A stretch of 64,000 nt of DNA from Phoronis australis. Taxonomy: Eukaryota; Animalia; Phoronida. The stretch lies in assembly GCA_002633005.1 (NCBI GenBank), contig NMRA01000163.1:581614-645613 (forward strand), read 5' to 3'. This document shows, one piece after another, positions 25,552 through 40,500 of this stretch. The notes beneath the pieces were generated by a model. It made no database searches and was not told where the DNA came from. It was given only the letters and a program-made list of their open reading frames with translations. The position numbers were made by a program, and so were the translations under genes. Within the stretch, counting starts at the first letter, position 1, and each line of letters starts with the position of its first letter.

Positions 25552-28500
25552 GTTAGTCGTTTCATTATTCTCGTAACTACTCTATCTGTATCTGGATATC
25601 ACGTTCAAGGAAATCGTAGGCAACTAGACAAACTTGGAATAGAACAAAACCTATTTTAACTTTTTTCTTTCGTGGATGTAGGAAAAAGTAACATATTGGA
25701 TGGCTGACGTGTGTTTCAAAATATCTCGGGCACTCGCGTTGCTTAACAAAGGATGTGCATACAACATTACGTCTCAAAATGCAATTATTCAGGTTTGCCT
25801 GAAGAACAATGGCTGCACTTGATTGAGAAATCTGATTGGTTCTCGATGTCTAGTTCCGGCTTTTAAACCAATCAGGTGTCTTAGCCGTTTGACCCAGCGT
25901 GACTGGCTACGTCAATCATGTGCAGCCAATGTTGATTTACGTAATTCTTACTGTGTGGAAAATGACTTGTTCATTTGCAGCTATAAGAATCAGAACAAGT
26001 GCTTGCCACATGTGTTGTATTGTGGGTGTATATCTTAGAATCAGAGTGGTGTTGTGCTGTTTCTTCACATGAGGCAACTCGCACGCTAACATTTAGCCTT
26101 TGTTTCCCTTTCGTAATTGCGACCGAAACTTCGCTCGTGTCGTACAACTGTAATCGTTACATTCGATGAAATACTGTTTTGCATAACACGTGAGCTCTGA
26201 AGATGTTGCACAGTTATAAATTCACGCTCCAAGCTTTTGCCGGTAATTTTACGCTCATAATTTTAGCAAGATGTCGTTAGATTTTAGTACCAGTCCCCGA
26301 GACCACCAATAATTCTTATTTGATGTAGTTTTGTGGTGCAAATGGTTTGTTATTCAAATGTCTTGAATAAAAAAATGAATGATTTGCCACCAACATTTAG
26401 AAATTCTACTACAATACCCCGAAAACTGTTTTTTGAAATGTTATATATCATCTACACAGTCACACTGCTAAGAGTATAAGCGAATGAAGCTTGGCCTAAG
26501 TATTGAATAAGCACGGTAATTTCAACAAATAAAATAAAAACATTGTCAGGCAACCTGCTAGATTTATACTTTGGGACCTCAATATGTACAAAAACTAAAT
26601 CCCTGTGATGGCTGGGGTAGCCCGGCCGTAAACATAACGGTCAGTCTTCGATATTTTTCAAGCCTTTACACTTGTACATGTATACTTTGCACTTGAGATT
26701 TCACCTTCTGTGCACTCCATGACATGAGCAAAAATACGAGCATAGAATTACGAGCGAAAAATGCGGTGAGCGTAAAATTACGGGCTCACGTGACCTAAAA
26801 TCCAATTTCTCATTGGATATAACAATTACGAGCGTAATTACGGGCGACACACACGACAGTGACTAACCTTTCCTAAGCGTTAGGCACAGCCGCACTGCTG
26901 AAGAAAACCTATTCGCCAATTTCTTTAATACTGCACCAATTTTAAAAATTCGAAGACGGCTAATATTTCCTCTTCAATTTTAAAAACAGCCATGATGGTC
27001 GTTTGCTGTATTTATTATTCGTTTTTTGGCTTTGAAATATTTATTGTTCGTTTTTTGACTTTGAAACTCGTACGCATAACAGGCACGTTGTTATGACAAC
27101 AATTATCTCATCCAATACACATTCGGCCAAGCCCATGGATACCGACTAGCTCACTTACATGTAAATCTGTGACGGCGCAATCAAGTCTTTCACTTCGGTG
27201 TGAAAGACGCGCTCGTTCTCATCCACCTGCGTGCAAATAGCGTACGAGTTGCCTAATGCAGGTCGGGCCTAATACCTTGTGTACTGTGAGTTACGCCGGC
27301 CGTCCATTTGTTCGCTATCTGGGCTCCCGTGGCCGTCTTCGCTTGCGTGTCCGTGTGCATGTGTCGAGGCAGCAACTATCCATTCATTTTTTATGAGAAG
27401 CTCGAGCGTATCCTTGGATTTGTCATAGGTATTCAGTTCTCTTTTGATATCAACATCTATCATGTCCAACTGGCAGATCTATGATATGGAATTGGTAGTG
27501 GGGCCGCCACAGTTGAAAATGAAGAAATGTCCCCTTAGCCTCTAAATTCGGCAGATCCAGACCCCGAATCAAGCTAGATATGTTTTTACCAACTATTGAG
27601 CCAACTCTTGCGAGAATATCTTCTCTTTTAGTAGCGGCGTCGGGTCACTGGGCACAAAAGATAACCGGAACAATAGAAACTTAGATGGCGGGTATACGAG
27701 ATCTTTCGAAAAGACTGTAAATCTAGTACACTTATATTTTCGCTTAGTTCGGGAATTGGAACTGCATGAAGAACTTTTCCAGAGGTCATGTGCTTCCGCC
27801 TAAATAAGAGGAATTTCTTTACGTATTGGAACTGACACAGAAAATTTAGTAGAAGAGCAGAACAAGGAACGCTTATAGCCACCTAACTAACGTTCATGAT
27901 AATTTCCCTTCATCCTCTGTCATGACAGAAGACTACTCTCTTTACGATGAATTCGGCTTCCCCCCAACCACTATGACGGGGTCCAGAACGTTTTGCCAGA
28001 ATACATTTGGCTTGTGCTGTACTTGTTCCACTTTTGACAACCAGTCTAACACGGATCTATGCAATGGAACGCACCATGTCGCACCATGTGTATTCATAAT
28101 TGTTTACAATTTTCAGTGCAATGTGAAAGTTACTAAGCGTCTGTTACAGGGATCACCGTGCGCACACCTGAGGCTCCTGAAATTTCGAATAAAGCAATGC
28201 ACGTGTCTATGACTATGTTTCCTTCACCTGTCAAAAGACAGTTTTATAATGAAGCCTTGGCACTGCAGAGTGAATTCAACCTCCTCATGTTTCGAGTTGC
28301 CTGTGATCACGATTTTTTGGAACATTGTCTAAAAAGGTAATGCATATAGAGCGTTTGCAATTACGCCATCAGTAACCGGAAGTGTGTCATGTTGGAGGAC
28401 AAGCAATCAGTTGAGTTATCGCGAGTTGTTAGCTGCTTATAATTCCAACAGTTTGCATGGACTTCAACTATATTTTCATACTCCAAGGAACATTTAATTT

Positions 28501-31500
28501 CGACCTCGAGTTCAGAATTCACGCCACGCAAAATGGCCGACCCGATTTAAAGAAGTGACCCAAATTTTGCCACAAAAGTTGCATTAACTTTGTACTGCTT
28601 AACTCTATTTTAATACATTTTTATTTTTTTTATATGGGATGCATTATCTTTCCTATGATATTGGATAATTTCCTTAAAACGAAAAGAATTGGTTCGACTG
28701 CCCTATTGCAAAACTACTCTTCGGTCTTTCCCCCTTGATGCTCAATAATTATTGGAAGACAATATAACGACGTAACATCTCAATCACCCCTGCTCGAGCA
28801 GCCAGATATTGCTCAAAATTTTACCATTAGGCCTACACTGAATAAATTCTATCGAGAATTCAGCTGAGAAATGTGTCTGCCTCACGATACCACAATAGTA
28901 CTGAAATGTTTGCCCTCCAACGTTGGCGGATGACCTAATTGGTGACGTCATGTGAAAACACTATACATGATCTCGTGCTGTAAGTGATTAATAAAACTGG
29001 ACTTATTCTTTGAAATGAATGAGCCAAACGGGATTCATTGGTTTTTTCTGTCAGTTTTGGTTAGTCCTTCCTAACACTTGATGTACCATTGTCTTTTCGA
29101 CTTAATAGTACCAGGTGACATTAATGAAAGCAAAGTCTAACTGCAGTTTCTGAAGATTTATTCACTGGAGAAATGGCAAAAACTTGCATTGAAATTCATG
29201 GTTTTTCGTCAAAATGTAATGTTTTAGGCAAAAAATACGACATTTAGGATCTATTGTACTTTGGTTGGTTCTATAACAATTTCTTTATTTACTTTTTCTT
29301 TTTTTGGTTCTCGTCACGACTTCGACGACTGCGATTTCCTTTTTGAACATTACTGTGGCAGCCTACCTCATCTGTGGTATTTGTGTCATTAATCCTGTTG
29401 TGTTATCCAACATTTCAATCGTCATTGACATAAGATATAGTGCACATAATGCGGGCGCACAGATCTTTCCGTTTTGATAGGACGCGTATGACGTGCCTCA
29501 GTGGCGACTGTTGCTTCGTTTTGATTCTGTGTTTGTCAAAAGAAATAATTTAAGTTCTGAAACGAGACCACATGCACGTGTTGTACACGTCTCTGTAATT
29601 TTGTGGCGCGTTTTATCACGTTTGAAATCGTCTCAAATTTGTTTTATTTCAGTTCAAATTTGCGATCACCCAAAAGAGTTCTGAATACATTTTGACAATA
29701 TTCTGTGGCAGAAATGTTCCTTACATTATGCAGAACACGTTTTCTTTTGCTCAGAAAGTGACATTGCGTGCCACCGATTAGGCGTGCTACAATACGGTAC
29801 GTCAGGCATTTATTACTGGAAAGAGAACGGTGCCATTACGTGGTGGACGATTGTAAATTTGTGTGACACCTCTAGTCACTGTGAATTACGATTTGAAAAG
29901 GATCGCAAAAATATTTATTTTCTTGATTCATTGCAAAAGATGGATTGTTATGTTTGAAAATCTTGGTAAGGCTAAAACTGGATAGAAGCTCCTGGTCTCT
30001 TTCAAACTCATTTTGAGACGAACGCTCACCAACTAAGTTTTTAAAAATTTAAAAAACGCTCCTCCCCCGCATTAATTTCAAGCAGGGCCTCGTGTTTTTG
30101 TGCTTTTATTTTTGAAAAGCTGCAAAAAGGCAGGTAAGCAAGGTTAAGCAAGGTTTGAGAAGCCATGATTTGCAAAGCGATGAGTAAAAGAAAACAAATC
30201 CCGTATCAGGTTTGCTCGTCTCAAGTGTATTTTCCTTTCTGAAAAAGTGAGCAATTAAACAAATACCGTACCACCAACTCGATTTTCGAAAAAGTAACTA
30301 CTTTTTTGGCCTAATAAGCATTTTAGAACATCTTTCACCATTCAATATTCAGTCATAGCTTGCCTTACCGTTCATCAGTCATAGCGTATTTACTATTATT
30401 TGTTTACAGTGTAATTAAAGTTGATAGTTATACAAGAGGACTTTGGGACATTTATCAAAGCGTTCGGAAAGAGGGCGTAACTCAGGTAGTCCATTAATTA
30501 AACTATTAAAATATTCACGTGTCTTGTAAAACAGTTTTATCTGACATCTAATTTGGCATCTGGGTTTTAACGTATATTCGTACTCAAGCATTGATAGCTG
30601 ACTAAAGGTTAAAGAAGATGCTCTAATTGCACGCTCACCTATGCTATTTAGAAATCTAAAATCATATGCTGAAATTTAAACCTGCTATTAATAAATTTCG
30701 ATCTGCATTTTTATCATCGTTTAACTCTAGTTAAAAATATAACTATTAAATTTCTAAAACACACGGGAAATTGTCTACATCATCGACTTTGTCACTAGCA
30801 GACAGTGCCATTTCCAACTGGTAGTTGTTGAGTTTCGCGCTGCGTTCTTAGATTGCGGATCGGATCGGTCGAAATACAATTTGTTCTGAACTCTTTCGCT
30901 CGTATCTGAATTCTTCATTGTCATCCTTGTTATGGTAACCTTGCCACTCATTTTCATCCAAAATGTTCTCACTCACAAAATGTCAAAGGTCCGCCGTTCA
31001 ATATATTCGAACCACGGCGCAAAGCTGGCTGCGGGCCTGATGCTTAATGTGTGAGTTACAATGCAGCTTCACTATTTTGTGTTCTCCTAATTATTTACGT
31101 TCACTGAACTCGACCGTGAACACCAAATAGTAAGAAAGGCTGTGATAATTAACTTTTTAGAATCTGTTGCTCAATAAATATTTATTGTCTTTACTTCCAG
31201 CCCTATGCCCTCTGTTTGTTCAGAAATGACTTCATGGTGCACTGCCCAAATGAAGATGAGATGTGTTTGAAGCAGGTTGAATTTAATGTAATTGCTTCAT
31301 CCTTGGCTTCTCTCGCTCAAGAAGTTTCAGGCTATCACAGGTTTGTGGTAAACGGAATATTAAAAACAGGTGTACTCACAGTGTTCGCCCAGGTTAACTC
31401 CACTTCCAAATTTTCGAAAGATATACTTTAAAATAACCAAACATGTGCTCTGTGCACCAACTGCTTCTAGTGCCTTCAAATCGTCTAGTTCTCCATGGAC

Positions 31501-34500
31501 ACTCGTTTACAAAGACAATTTGCTCCTAATGTACATGTTTCTCTCACAAACGATGCACATCGCCTATGCCTATCTGATGTTTTGCGTGACGCTTACTCCT
31601 GCAGTGGCTGCCATGAATGTTACTATTAACTCGGGTTGATTCCCGCATAATCTGACCTTTTAATTTTTGTTTTCAACACTCGTGCTCGACTCAATAGTCT
31701 CTCTCTGTTTTTTGGTTTCTCAATTTGAACAAGGCTTAATTCTTACTTTTCAGCGAATAGCAGAGTGCTCTAGCTTCATCCAGGGCCTAATTAGATAGCT
31801 GTTCATTATATAAAAAATATTCTGTGTTGAAGGAATAATTTAGTAAACGGAGCTTTGTCAGTTTTTTGTCCATGTAATGCATGTCATGCGTTGTTGTATC
31901 ATTTTACAGATTTTTGATGTCAAGTTATCTTGGCGTATTTGGTGAAGACACGTTAAACAGTCGGGTATGTTTACTTATTAACCACATATTGATTAGCGCA
32001 AATGCGCGCCTATGCAAAGGTGTGCGAAGCATTTGCCGCAAATCCACGCTACGGCCCACAAAAGGATGTGAATGGGGGTTGCTTGGATCACCTGTTGGAG
32101 TAGATGTTAACTTGATTTCAGATTATGTAATTAAAATGCCTTTAAATGAATTATGGTCGCAAAATATTTACTTCGAATGGGATACCTGGCTGCACCTATA
32201 AGTCAGTCTTGGACACTTGGATTTGTGTCAGTTTTCTTCGTAAACTAACACTAGCGAATTATCTTACTTAGATACATGTATGGTCAAATTATCTTCACAT
32301 GTAACCACATACTTCCAGACTAACAAGGCATGACATTGTGGTGTAGTATTGGTTATAAAAACAATGCGAAGTAACTATTTTTGCTTTGATAGCTTCCCCT
32401 TCTGTCCTGTCTCGTAATTTCTCTCTTTGTGGAACTGTTTTTGAGCCGACTCATGAAATGTCGTCCATTCCCATGACATGTTGTTTGGCAGTTCTTGGCA
32501 AGCCGACTCAACTTTTAATTTATGACATAACGTTGGCCTCAAAATAGTTCCTTACTCAGGTCAGAATTGATCTCTGAAGTGACATTGTTAGGCCATGTTC
32601 GACCATAAAATGACCTGCCTGGTCAAGCTGGTTTCTTAAACCTGCCCTCTGACAGCTGTGAACATTCAGTTCTTTTCAAGCCTAGGGTTCAGAAATTTGG
32701 TGTTACACACCTCTCAACTATAATCTGAAAAATTATTAAAATCTCGGTACTATAGCAAAGATACAAAATCTATGAGAAATATACCCATTGCTTTTAGTTA
32801 CTAAGATAATTTGTTTGAATTATTTCTAGGCAGTAATATGCTAATACTTACATGACTAAAACTTTATTTAATAATTGTGAAGTGAGAGCGTATGACAAAT
32901 TTCTGTCTTAAATCTTAACTCAATTTTCATGAAAGAGACCCCAGAAGTCACGTGCAACTCATATAAGGGACTTTTTGTGGCTAACTTTAAAATTAGTTTT
33001 AAGCGGGAGATGGGTTCGCAGCAGTTTAGTTCAACTAATTCTAGCTGTGTGACTGCTTCTTCTGGAACATTTAACTGGTAGAAATAAGAGGATGCTACTT
33101 GAACCTTGTCAAAGCTCTAACGTTTATAGCCATTTATTACGTAGTTTGTTATTTCATCAACGCTTTTGTCCAGGGATATCCCATTGCCATTTCAATTTGT
33201 TTACTTCAGTGGAGTAGTTTTGACGTTGGCGTTTTTTCCTCTGTGAAAGATGTTCGATGAGAATTATTGTGTAATGCATCTTCTAATTTTTACCTAAACT
33301 AGATTTATTTTTATTTCTATGCCATTTTAATTTGACCGAGGACAAATAGTTTCAATTACAACAAGTAATGCAGAAATAATCGAGAGTAAACAGTTTAAAT
33401 GGTTGTTTTAGAACTTGTCAACGTTCAATTCAACCTGTCGTCTCTGGTAGGCCCACCATGTGAAACTTTGAATTCATTGAAACTCATTGATATTTCTTAG
33501 CTTCCACAAAATGATCCGAATGAAGGTATGGCGAAGGGACTCGTGAAGGCTTGGCAGCTCTTCGGACAGGAAAGGTACATTGTTTACGCCGTGCGTTTAA
33601 GGTTTTAACAACTGTCTCGGCTAAACACACACACTGGAATTTTTTTAGAAATTTCACTTTCTAAGATTGTGCGTTTGAGGATTAACATTTTCATAGATTT
33701 TATCCGCGGAACTCACACTTCTTTAAAAGCGCTCGTATTTCCGTGAACATCTGCCAACAGCGAATTCCACCTCCAAAAATGTGAACTATTCCCTTGAGCG
33801 ACACAAAAACATTGCATTTACTCTCAATTTAACCATAACCACTACTCTTCTTTGAAGAAGACATACATGTACATGTAAAAGAAGTTTCTGCTCGCGTACC
33901 TTTTCAGCAGTTCCTTGTGTTTGGTCTAGTGACATTTGCATTTCCTGGACATGTGAATCTTATCCTCATACGTTGACATCGCGATGCGTACTTGTACTCA
34001 CCTTGATGTACGATATCAATAATTACAAAGTAACATCATATGACTACAAGGGACCCTTGATGTCAACTCAGGCGACTTCATGGAGCTTGATTTATTGGAT
34101 CTCAGTTATAAAACATTTCTTTTTTTCAGTGCAGTTATATTACTTGTTTGTTCGCAAGAAATTCGGAACATATTTGATCAACGTCAACTTGAGATTGCTA
34201 TTATTCGACTTGATTCTCGCATCAAAGTCATTCGGAGAAGTTTGCGACAAGTATGCGACAGGGCCTCAATGAATTCCATGAAAGACTTAGTCATGTAAGT
34301 ACTCAAAACTGGTAGATGAAAACAGTAACTTTACAGTTCACATATTAGACATCTAAGACATCTGTGAAAGGGTGATTGTAACCAATCTATGGCTAGCGTG
34401 CGACCAAAATATTGCACTGTCAAATTTATTCACTCATATGTACAGGAGTTTTCAAAAAGCTGATAAATCCTCTTTCTGTTGAAACTGGCGAAATTTCAGA

Positions 34501-37500
34501 GTAAACATTTCAATTGATTTTCAAATGTTATTCGAAAAAATATTGTTCGTCTGATTTCTTCTCCGGTTGTCTCCTTAACTTCGACCATGCTACTTGTAGA
34601 CAAATTTCGACGAAATCCGACAGGGGTCACTTTAGAAAAACGTGGCCTCAAGTCTATGGATCAGTTTAGAGGTACTATGGGTCACGTTAGTATCGTCTGT
34701 CCTTTTTAGATTCTGTTCTTGGGGCTGGCATAATGAGTGTGATTTCGTCTGCTGACCTTAGTACATACATGTAACGTTTCGCACGGATAAGCGTTTGATT
34801 TAAATAGCTAACTGCATTTCAATTAAATTCACAAATCCGCTCTTGGAATAAGTATTTTCACAATGTGTTTTCCCTGTTGTCGGTGACATTGTTGTTTTGA
34901 TCTCTAACGTTAATTTCGGTTCGCTGCCTTGCGTTGTCACTGTGTTAGAAGCTGAATGCAATACGTACATGTATGTGCGCAATATTTCGACACCGTTTTA
35001 ATGTGCCGTTTAGACGGAGAGCAATGACAGTGCAACATTTTTAAGCGACGATGGCTGCGACGCACTTTCCTCATTTTGCTAGCAGATATTGTTTAAATGT
35101 TTTGGTGAGCTCCTATACCCAGCTCATGCAACCACGCTCACTGCACTCCGTAATTTGTGAAGGTTTTATCAGAAATTCATATTCATTTCTATATCCCAAG
35201 GTCTATTGTTGTCGCCTTCCATGCAAGCTAGTGTTTTCAGAATCCTCATGGTGGTAGGTTAAAACACAGAAATCAACTCACCGTACCACATGCGCTTTAC
35301 GTGTGTCCATGAGCCTATAATGAAGATGCGCCTGTATCCAGAATTAGGCGTACACGTACATATTCGTGCGCCTGTTTTGTGAAACACTAATGAGTAAGAG
35401 CCAATTTTCAAAATATTACGTGAGTGAACGTGGCATATCCGTTTTAAAATCGTAAACACTGAAGTGTGTATTCAACTCTGAAGTGTTAAATGAAAACTAG
35501 CCATTAGGCTGGACTTAAAAACCTAATCTTTTTAGACCACTGATCGTTTTGTAAGCAATAGGATTTTAAACTGTGTCCTGAAACATAAGAAACCTGATTT
35601 GGAGAGAAAAGCATGTTTAATTACTACATTAGTTAGAATTAAGGTCGAGATGCCTGAAATGGTCACGCGGAAAAGATAATGAACCCTATTTTAGTGATTT
35701 CTACCAATCGTTGTTTTATTCCCTGTTAATGCATCGTTAGGGCCGCCCTTGAGTGACAAAAAATAAAACAGGCGTGCATTAAAAGGACGTGAAAACCTCG
35801 CAAAGCCACGCTACATTTCGTGAGACATCGCCCTGTATTATAAACGAATTACGTGAACACATTTAGCTTCGTCGTTTTTCATAGGTAGGCCAAAACCGGG
35901 TTTCGTACCTTGTAGATTACTAACAGTGAAGTCATTTATATTCTCTAAATTTGTTCACCTACTTGTTACACTATCGTCTCCACAACATGAGATGATTAGT
36001 AAGTTAGAAAAAAAACTAGTAACAATATGCGTCAGTGGGACCACTTTTATTCCAATCTTTTCTCGCGAAGGTTGTAAAGCGATTCACATCCACTTCTTTA
36101 TCAAATCACTGCTAAGCCTATCTTGTGATGACTCCAATCCAAGAAATTATCTAGCTTTTGAAAGAAGTATTTTGAAATCTTAATGAATTTCCAAGTCCAA
36201 TTTCCTGTCTGGAGGGAGAATATTCCTTTTGAACCACTGTAGTACAACTCTGGTAAAAAAAAACTTTTATACATTTGTACGTGGTGTGAGCATAACTTTG
36301 TATTTATTTAAAATCTTTGGACACATGAAACTTTTTCTGCTACACATGGAATTTCATCTCTCTTAATCGAGCTCTAAAGCTTTTAAGCTTTAGAGCTTAA
36401 AAGGGAAATAGTGTGAACTTAATTATTTAGATATTCACTGAGTTAGTCAACACTACCGCCCATTGTCTTACTTAGTTCCGGTCAAATTAACTCCACGTGT
36501 AACCAGGTGCAGTATTTTCTGACGAAAAAAGCATATCACTGTCTTGTATAACTGGGCATACAGCAATACCAGGTAACCATTTCTACTTTTGAAAACTTGT
36601 TATGCTTCCGTTGTTTGTAAGTTGTTCCTTTGGCGAATTATTTTTAAGCGAACTCACGAAATGTCGTCTTTCCATGACATATATTGGTGACAATTCTAGT
36701 AGGTGAGCCATCTCGTGGACGAGGCAGTCTCGCCATCTGGTGACAACATACCTAGATGAAAGCAAGGGTGATTCCTTTAAAGTTACTTTACCGAAAATTT
36801 CCCAGATTTTTTCTAATATCGACTTAAGCAAAAAGACAAATGTTCCCCGTGACCAATGCACCCCCGTATTCCTTCGCTTAAAGGCCAATATATCATTTTC
36901 CATTGTTCTCTAATGGTTCAACGTTTCCCAGGCAAATGGCCCCCACACGTGAATTCAATTTCTGCGGTTAAATTGTGCCTTTTCGCGCATTAGATTCTTA
37001 AACTCATGTACTGTAAGTCAATAACCCCTCAATTAAGAAGTTCCAAGTGCTCATTGCGGTATCAACTAAAACTGCACGTTGAGTCGTTTTGTTGATTTTC
37101 AGAGATGACAATACTGTGGCTGTTACCTACTTCAGATCTGGCTATACACATCGAGCTTATCCGTCTGAAAAGGTTAGTTTGCTTTATTACCAGAGTAACG
37201 ATGTGCTTTTAAAATGTGTGGTGTCATTCCGCATGTGAGCACATTTATGCCCTTGGGTCTATGATTGAAGGTGCGGTTATATTATCCGGAATTTTCCCAT
37301 GCGCCTGTGTATGAATCATTTGAATAAAATCATGTGAATGAAACTTGACCTTCTGTTACAAAATGAATGGATTTCTCACGTTCTTCCATTCAGTGAGCCT
37401 TTCGGTGTGCCCCCATACTGCACACGTCTACACCTTACAGGTTATTTGCCCTCTTCGCGGACACTGTTATCAAATACACTCCTTGCTGTTATTCTGGGCT

Positions 37501-40500
37501 GTGTGAGATACGCATCTTTGACGTGGAGACGCGCGAGAAAAGCTAATTTGATCATGTGCCTCGCTTGCAATGCATTGCGATATCTCGCGAAGGCTCACGT
37601 GATCTTGAATTTTTGCAAGTTTCCTGAAGCGAGTTTATAAAAAATCGCACGCGAGGTCCCACGCTGGTATGTTTTTAAACCTACGTCATCGGGAATTTCG
37701 TCACTCTAGTGGCTGTCCGATATTCGAATTATCGTTCTCGTTTCTGTACGAAGCAAGTTTGCAACGTGGCATGAGGGCAAACACGTAACTTCCGCGAAAA
37801 CATCTGTGCTGCAATAGTACATTCAGTAAATGTGCATCTTAAGTCCGTTACATGTGTACATGTATGTAGGGTACACATCTACAGCGTTTGTGACGATAAT
37901 TGTGGATTAATATATGTTGTGGGTTATGATATCTCCATTCATGATATGCAAGCCGATTTAAACTCGGGCGATATCACGAATATCGATTTTGTAACCCACA
38001 GTTATCATCACGTGCTCTTTCGGCAACGCTGTATATTCGAAGAGTCAAAAAAATTATGGCGGCCTTAGTCAAACAATTCAAAGTAAAAATATTATTTAGG
38101 CAGTTTGACTGCTTACAACATATGACATAAATGTAAAAGCGAAGTTGCACGTGTCTGAAAAACGACCACGACGTCGTCCACGAGCATAGTAGCCCCACAG
38201 GTTGGAAAACCCAGGTCTATGCCCAGCCACCCAGGACACTTGCCAAGCACCTGCGGCGAAACAAATTTGCTTACGGAACGGAAACAGTGAATTTTATGGC
38301 ATAACTAATCATTCCAACGTCACCGACCAATCACTTCAGTGGGCGCCATTTTTTTAGGGAACGTCAGAAGGCTTCCGAGCATACTCACCTTTCACTCTCG
38401 TGATCTTGCTTTTTCGCAAGATTCATGTGTCTACGGAATGCAACCCAGAACTTGAGTTCTTTGTTTAAACGCAAAATCAAAATACAACAAACAAACAACG
38501 TTTACGCGCGAAAAAGAACACAGGATACAACCTTCCGTAGGCCTATATGGCACATCATGTGAAAATTACAGGTGATTACTGTAGGAGAAGTCAGGCGAGA
38601 CCCACGGCCACTGTGATGTCTAAGGTACTACATGTAGTCGTGCGTTCAGTTTCATAACTAAAATGGATTCTATAAATTACGTCATGTAACAATGTTGTGA
38701 ATGAACAGTAATTTATCTAACAACACTTTGCGATTGGACTTTTGAAAAAGCCCGGGGTAATGTTGCCACATTGATATCGTTGTTTATTCGCTAATAAGCA
38801 GGTTTAGAGTTTCGTAGAGACAAGAAGCTAGCAAAGATAGTGATTATGTAGTTCTCTTGTAATACATGTACAGTACATGGCGATATCTCGCGCTCGTCTT
38901 GCATTTCCGCGAGATTCTCGTACCCCTGAAAATAGCTCGGCACACAAGTTGGTGATCTGAGATGCTTTCCGTAGTGCAAGTTTCTAGCGAGGAAGAGCGA
39001 GATCGGGCAAGACCAAGAGGGAGTTTCGCCAGAAGTCTCGAAACCTCACCGGCGTAGACTAGCAAAGTGGTCGCCACTGAAGTAATTGGGAGGCGAGGCT
39101 GAAAAGTTTAGTTATTGGAGGAAATTTAGGCCTATGATTTCCGTTAAAGAGGTGAAGGCTTCCACTATGGCAAGTGTCACTACAAAACACTTCGTTTCCA
39201 CTTGTACGGGCCGCAAGGTTTACGAAAACGCGCCTAGCTCGGACAGTGCTGCTCCCAAGTACGGACAGCACCAATTTCACTATCTAGATGCGGGACGTAC
39301 ACTGTAGAAGCGCAATTTCGCCACTAGGTGCATACTTAAGCTTAGATTAAACTAATTACCAAATTCACTGTTTGTTTATTGTAGGAGTGGGCAGCGAGAC
39401 TCCTGATTGAAAGGTCCAGTTGCATCAAGTGTCCATCAATTAATGTGCACTTGGCCGGAGCTAAGAAAGTGCAGCAAGAACTGTGTAAAAGCGGTGTTGT
39501 GGAGCGCTACCTGAAGGACGCTGATGCAGCAGCTAGGATCAGAGCCACGTTCATGGGACAGTTTTCACTCGAAACTGTACGTATATGTGTAGGTTTACTT
39601 AAATTCCGACGGCGACACGGGGACCATTCCCATGATCCACTTTCTGGATCCGCAAAAACAGTTCAGTGGTGGGCAAGAAGGCCATTATTGCAATATGGAA
39701 ACTGACATGAATGTAGACGGTAAAAATATTTTTGTAAAGGGAATGACTTTATGACATTTTCGGTTAGTATTTTAATTTACGCACGTTAAATTAAAAAATA
39801 ACGTGCGTAAAACGGTGATAATGGGTGATAGTTCAAAACATATTCTGCCATGCGTTCCGTTGCCTGATTTATAGTGATGGCATTCAGTTGGTGGCGGTAA
39901 AACAAAAAGCAGGTGGTGGAAACGATTTCGTTGCCGAGCTTGTAAATTCCAGCCTTGGTGAGGGAACTGGTCCCTGGAACTCAGGACTGAGTCCCCGGGA
40001 CTTGGTCACGGAGTCGGCTCGTGCGTGTCGAAGAGTTTGTTGGCCCGAAAGGGTGCAATTGTATAGCTGGTTTGGTTTCTACTGCTCGGGCAACTGGTGC
40101 CACCGTAGTTGGAATTGACTGAGGCGCGGACGTGGGATCATTTCCGTTTCATGTAAATGGTACTGTAACGAAGACGTGTTGTATTCAATCAGTATTAAAA
40201 ATCCCATCTCTCAAGTGGTGACCTCTATTGACTTCACGTTACTGTTGTGTCATCCATAGTGGTATCCGCTATGCAGCCTCAATGACTGTCGTCTTGTAGT
40301 GGGCCGCGTTCCGGCCGTAGACCCACTCGCAATGCAATTGAGACGTTTTCACTCATGGAACGGAAACACTGAAGTAATGTTTGCTAGAATCATTTCTTCC
40401 ATAAATTACTTCACTGTTTCTGTTTCAAGCTAATTGACCTATCGCCAGGATTTAGAGTGACTGTTTAACTGACCAATCGGAATGCAGCATTCTTGACGCA

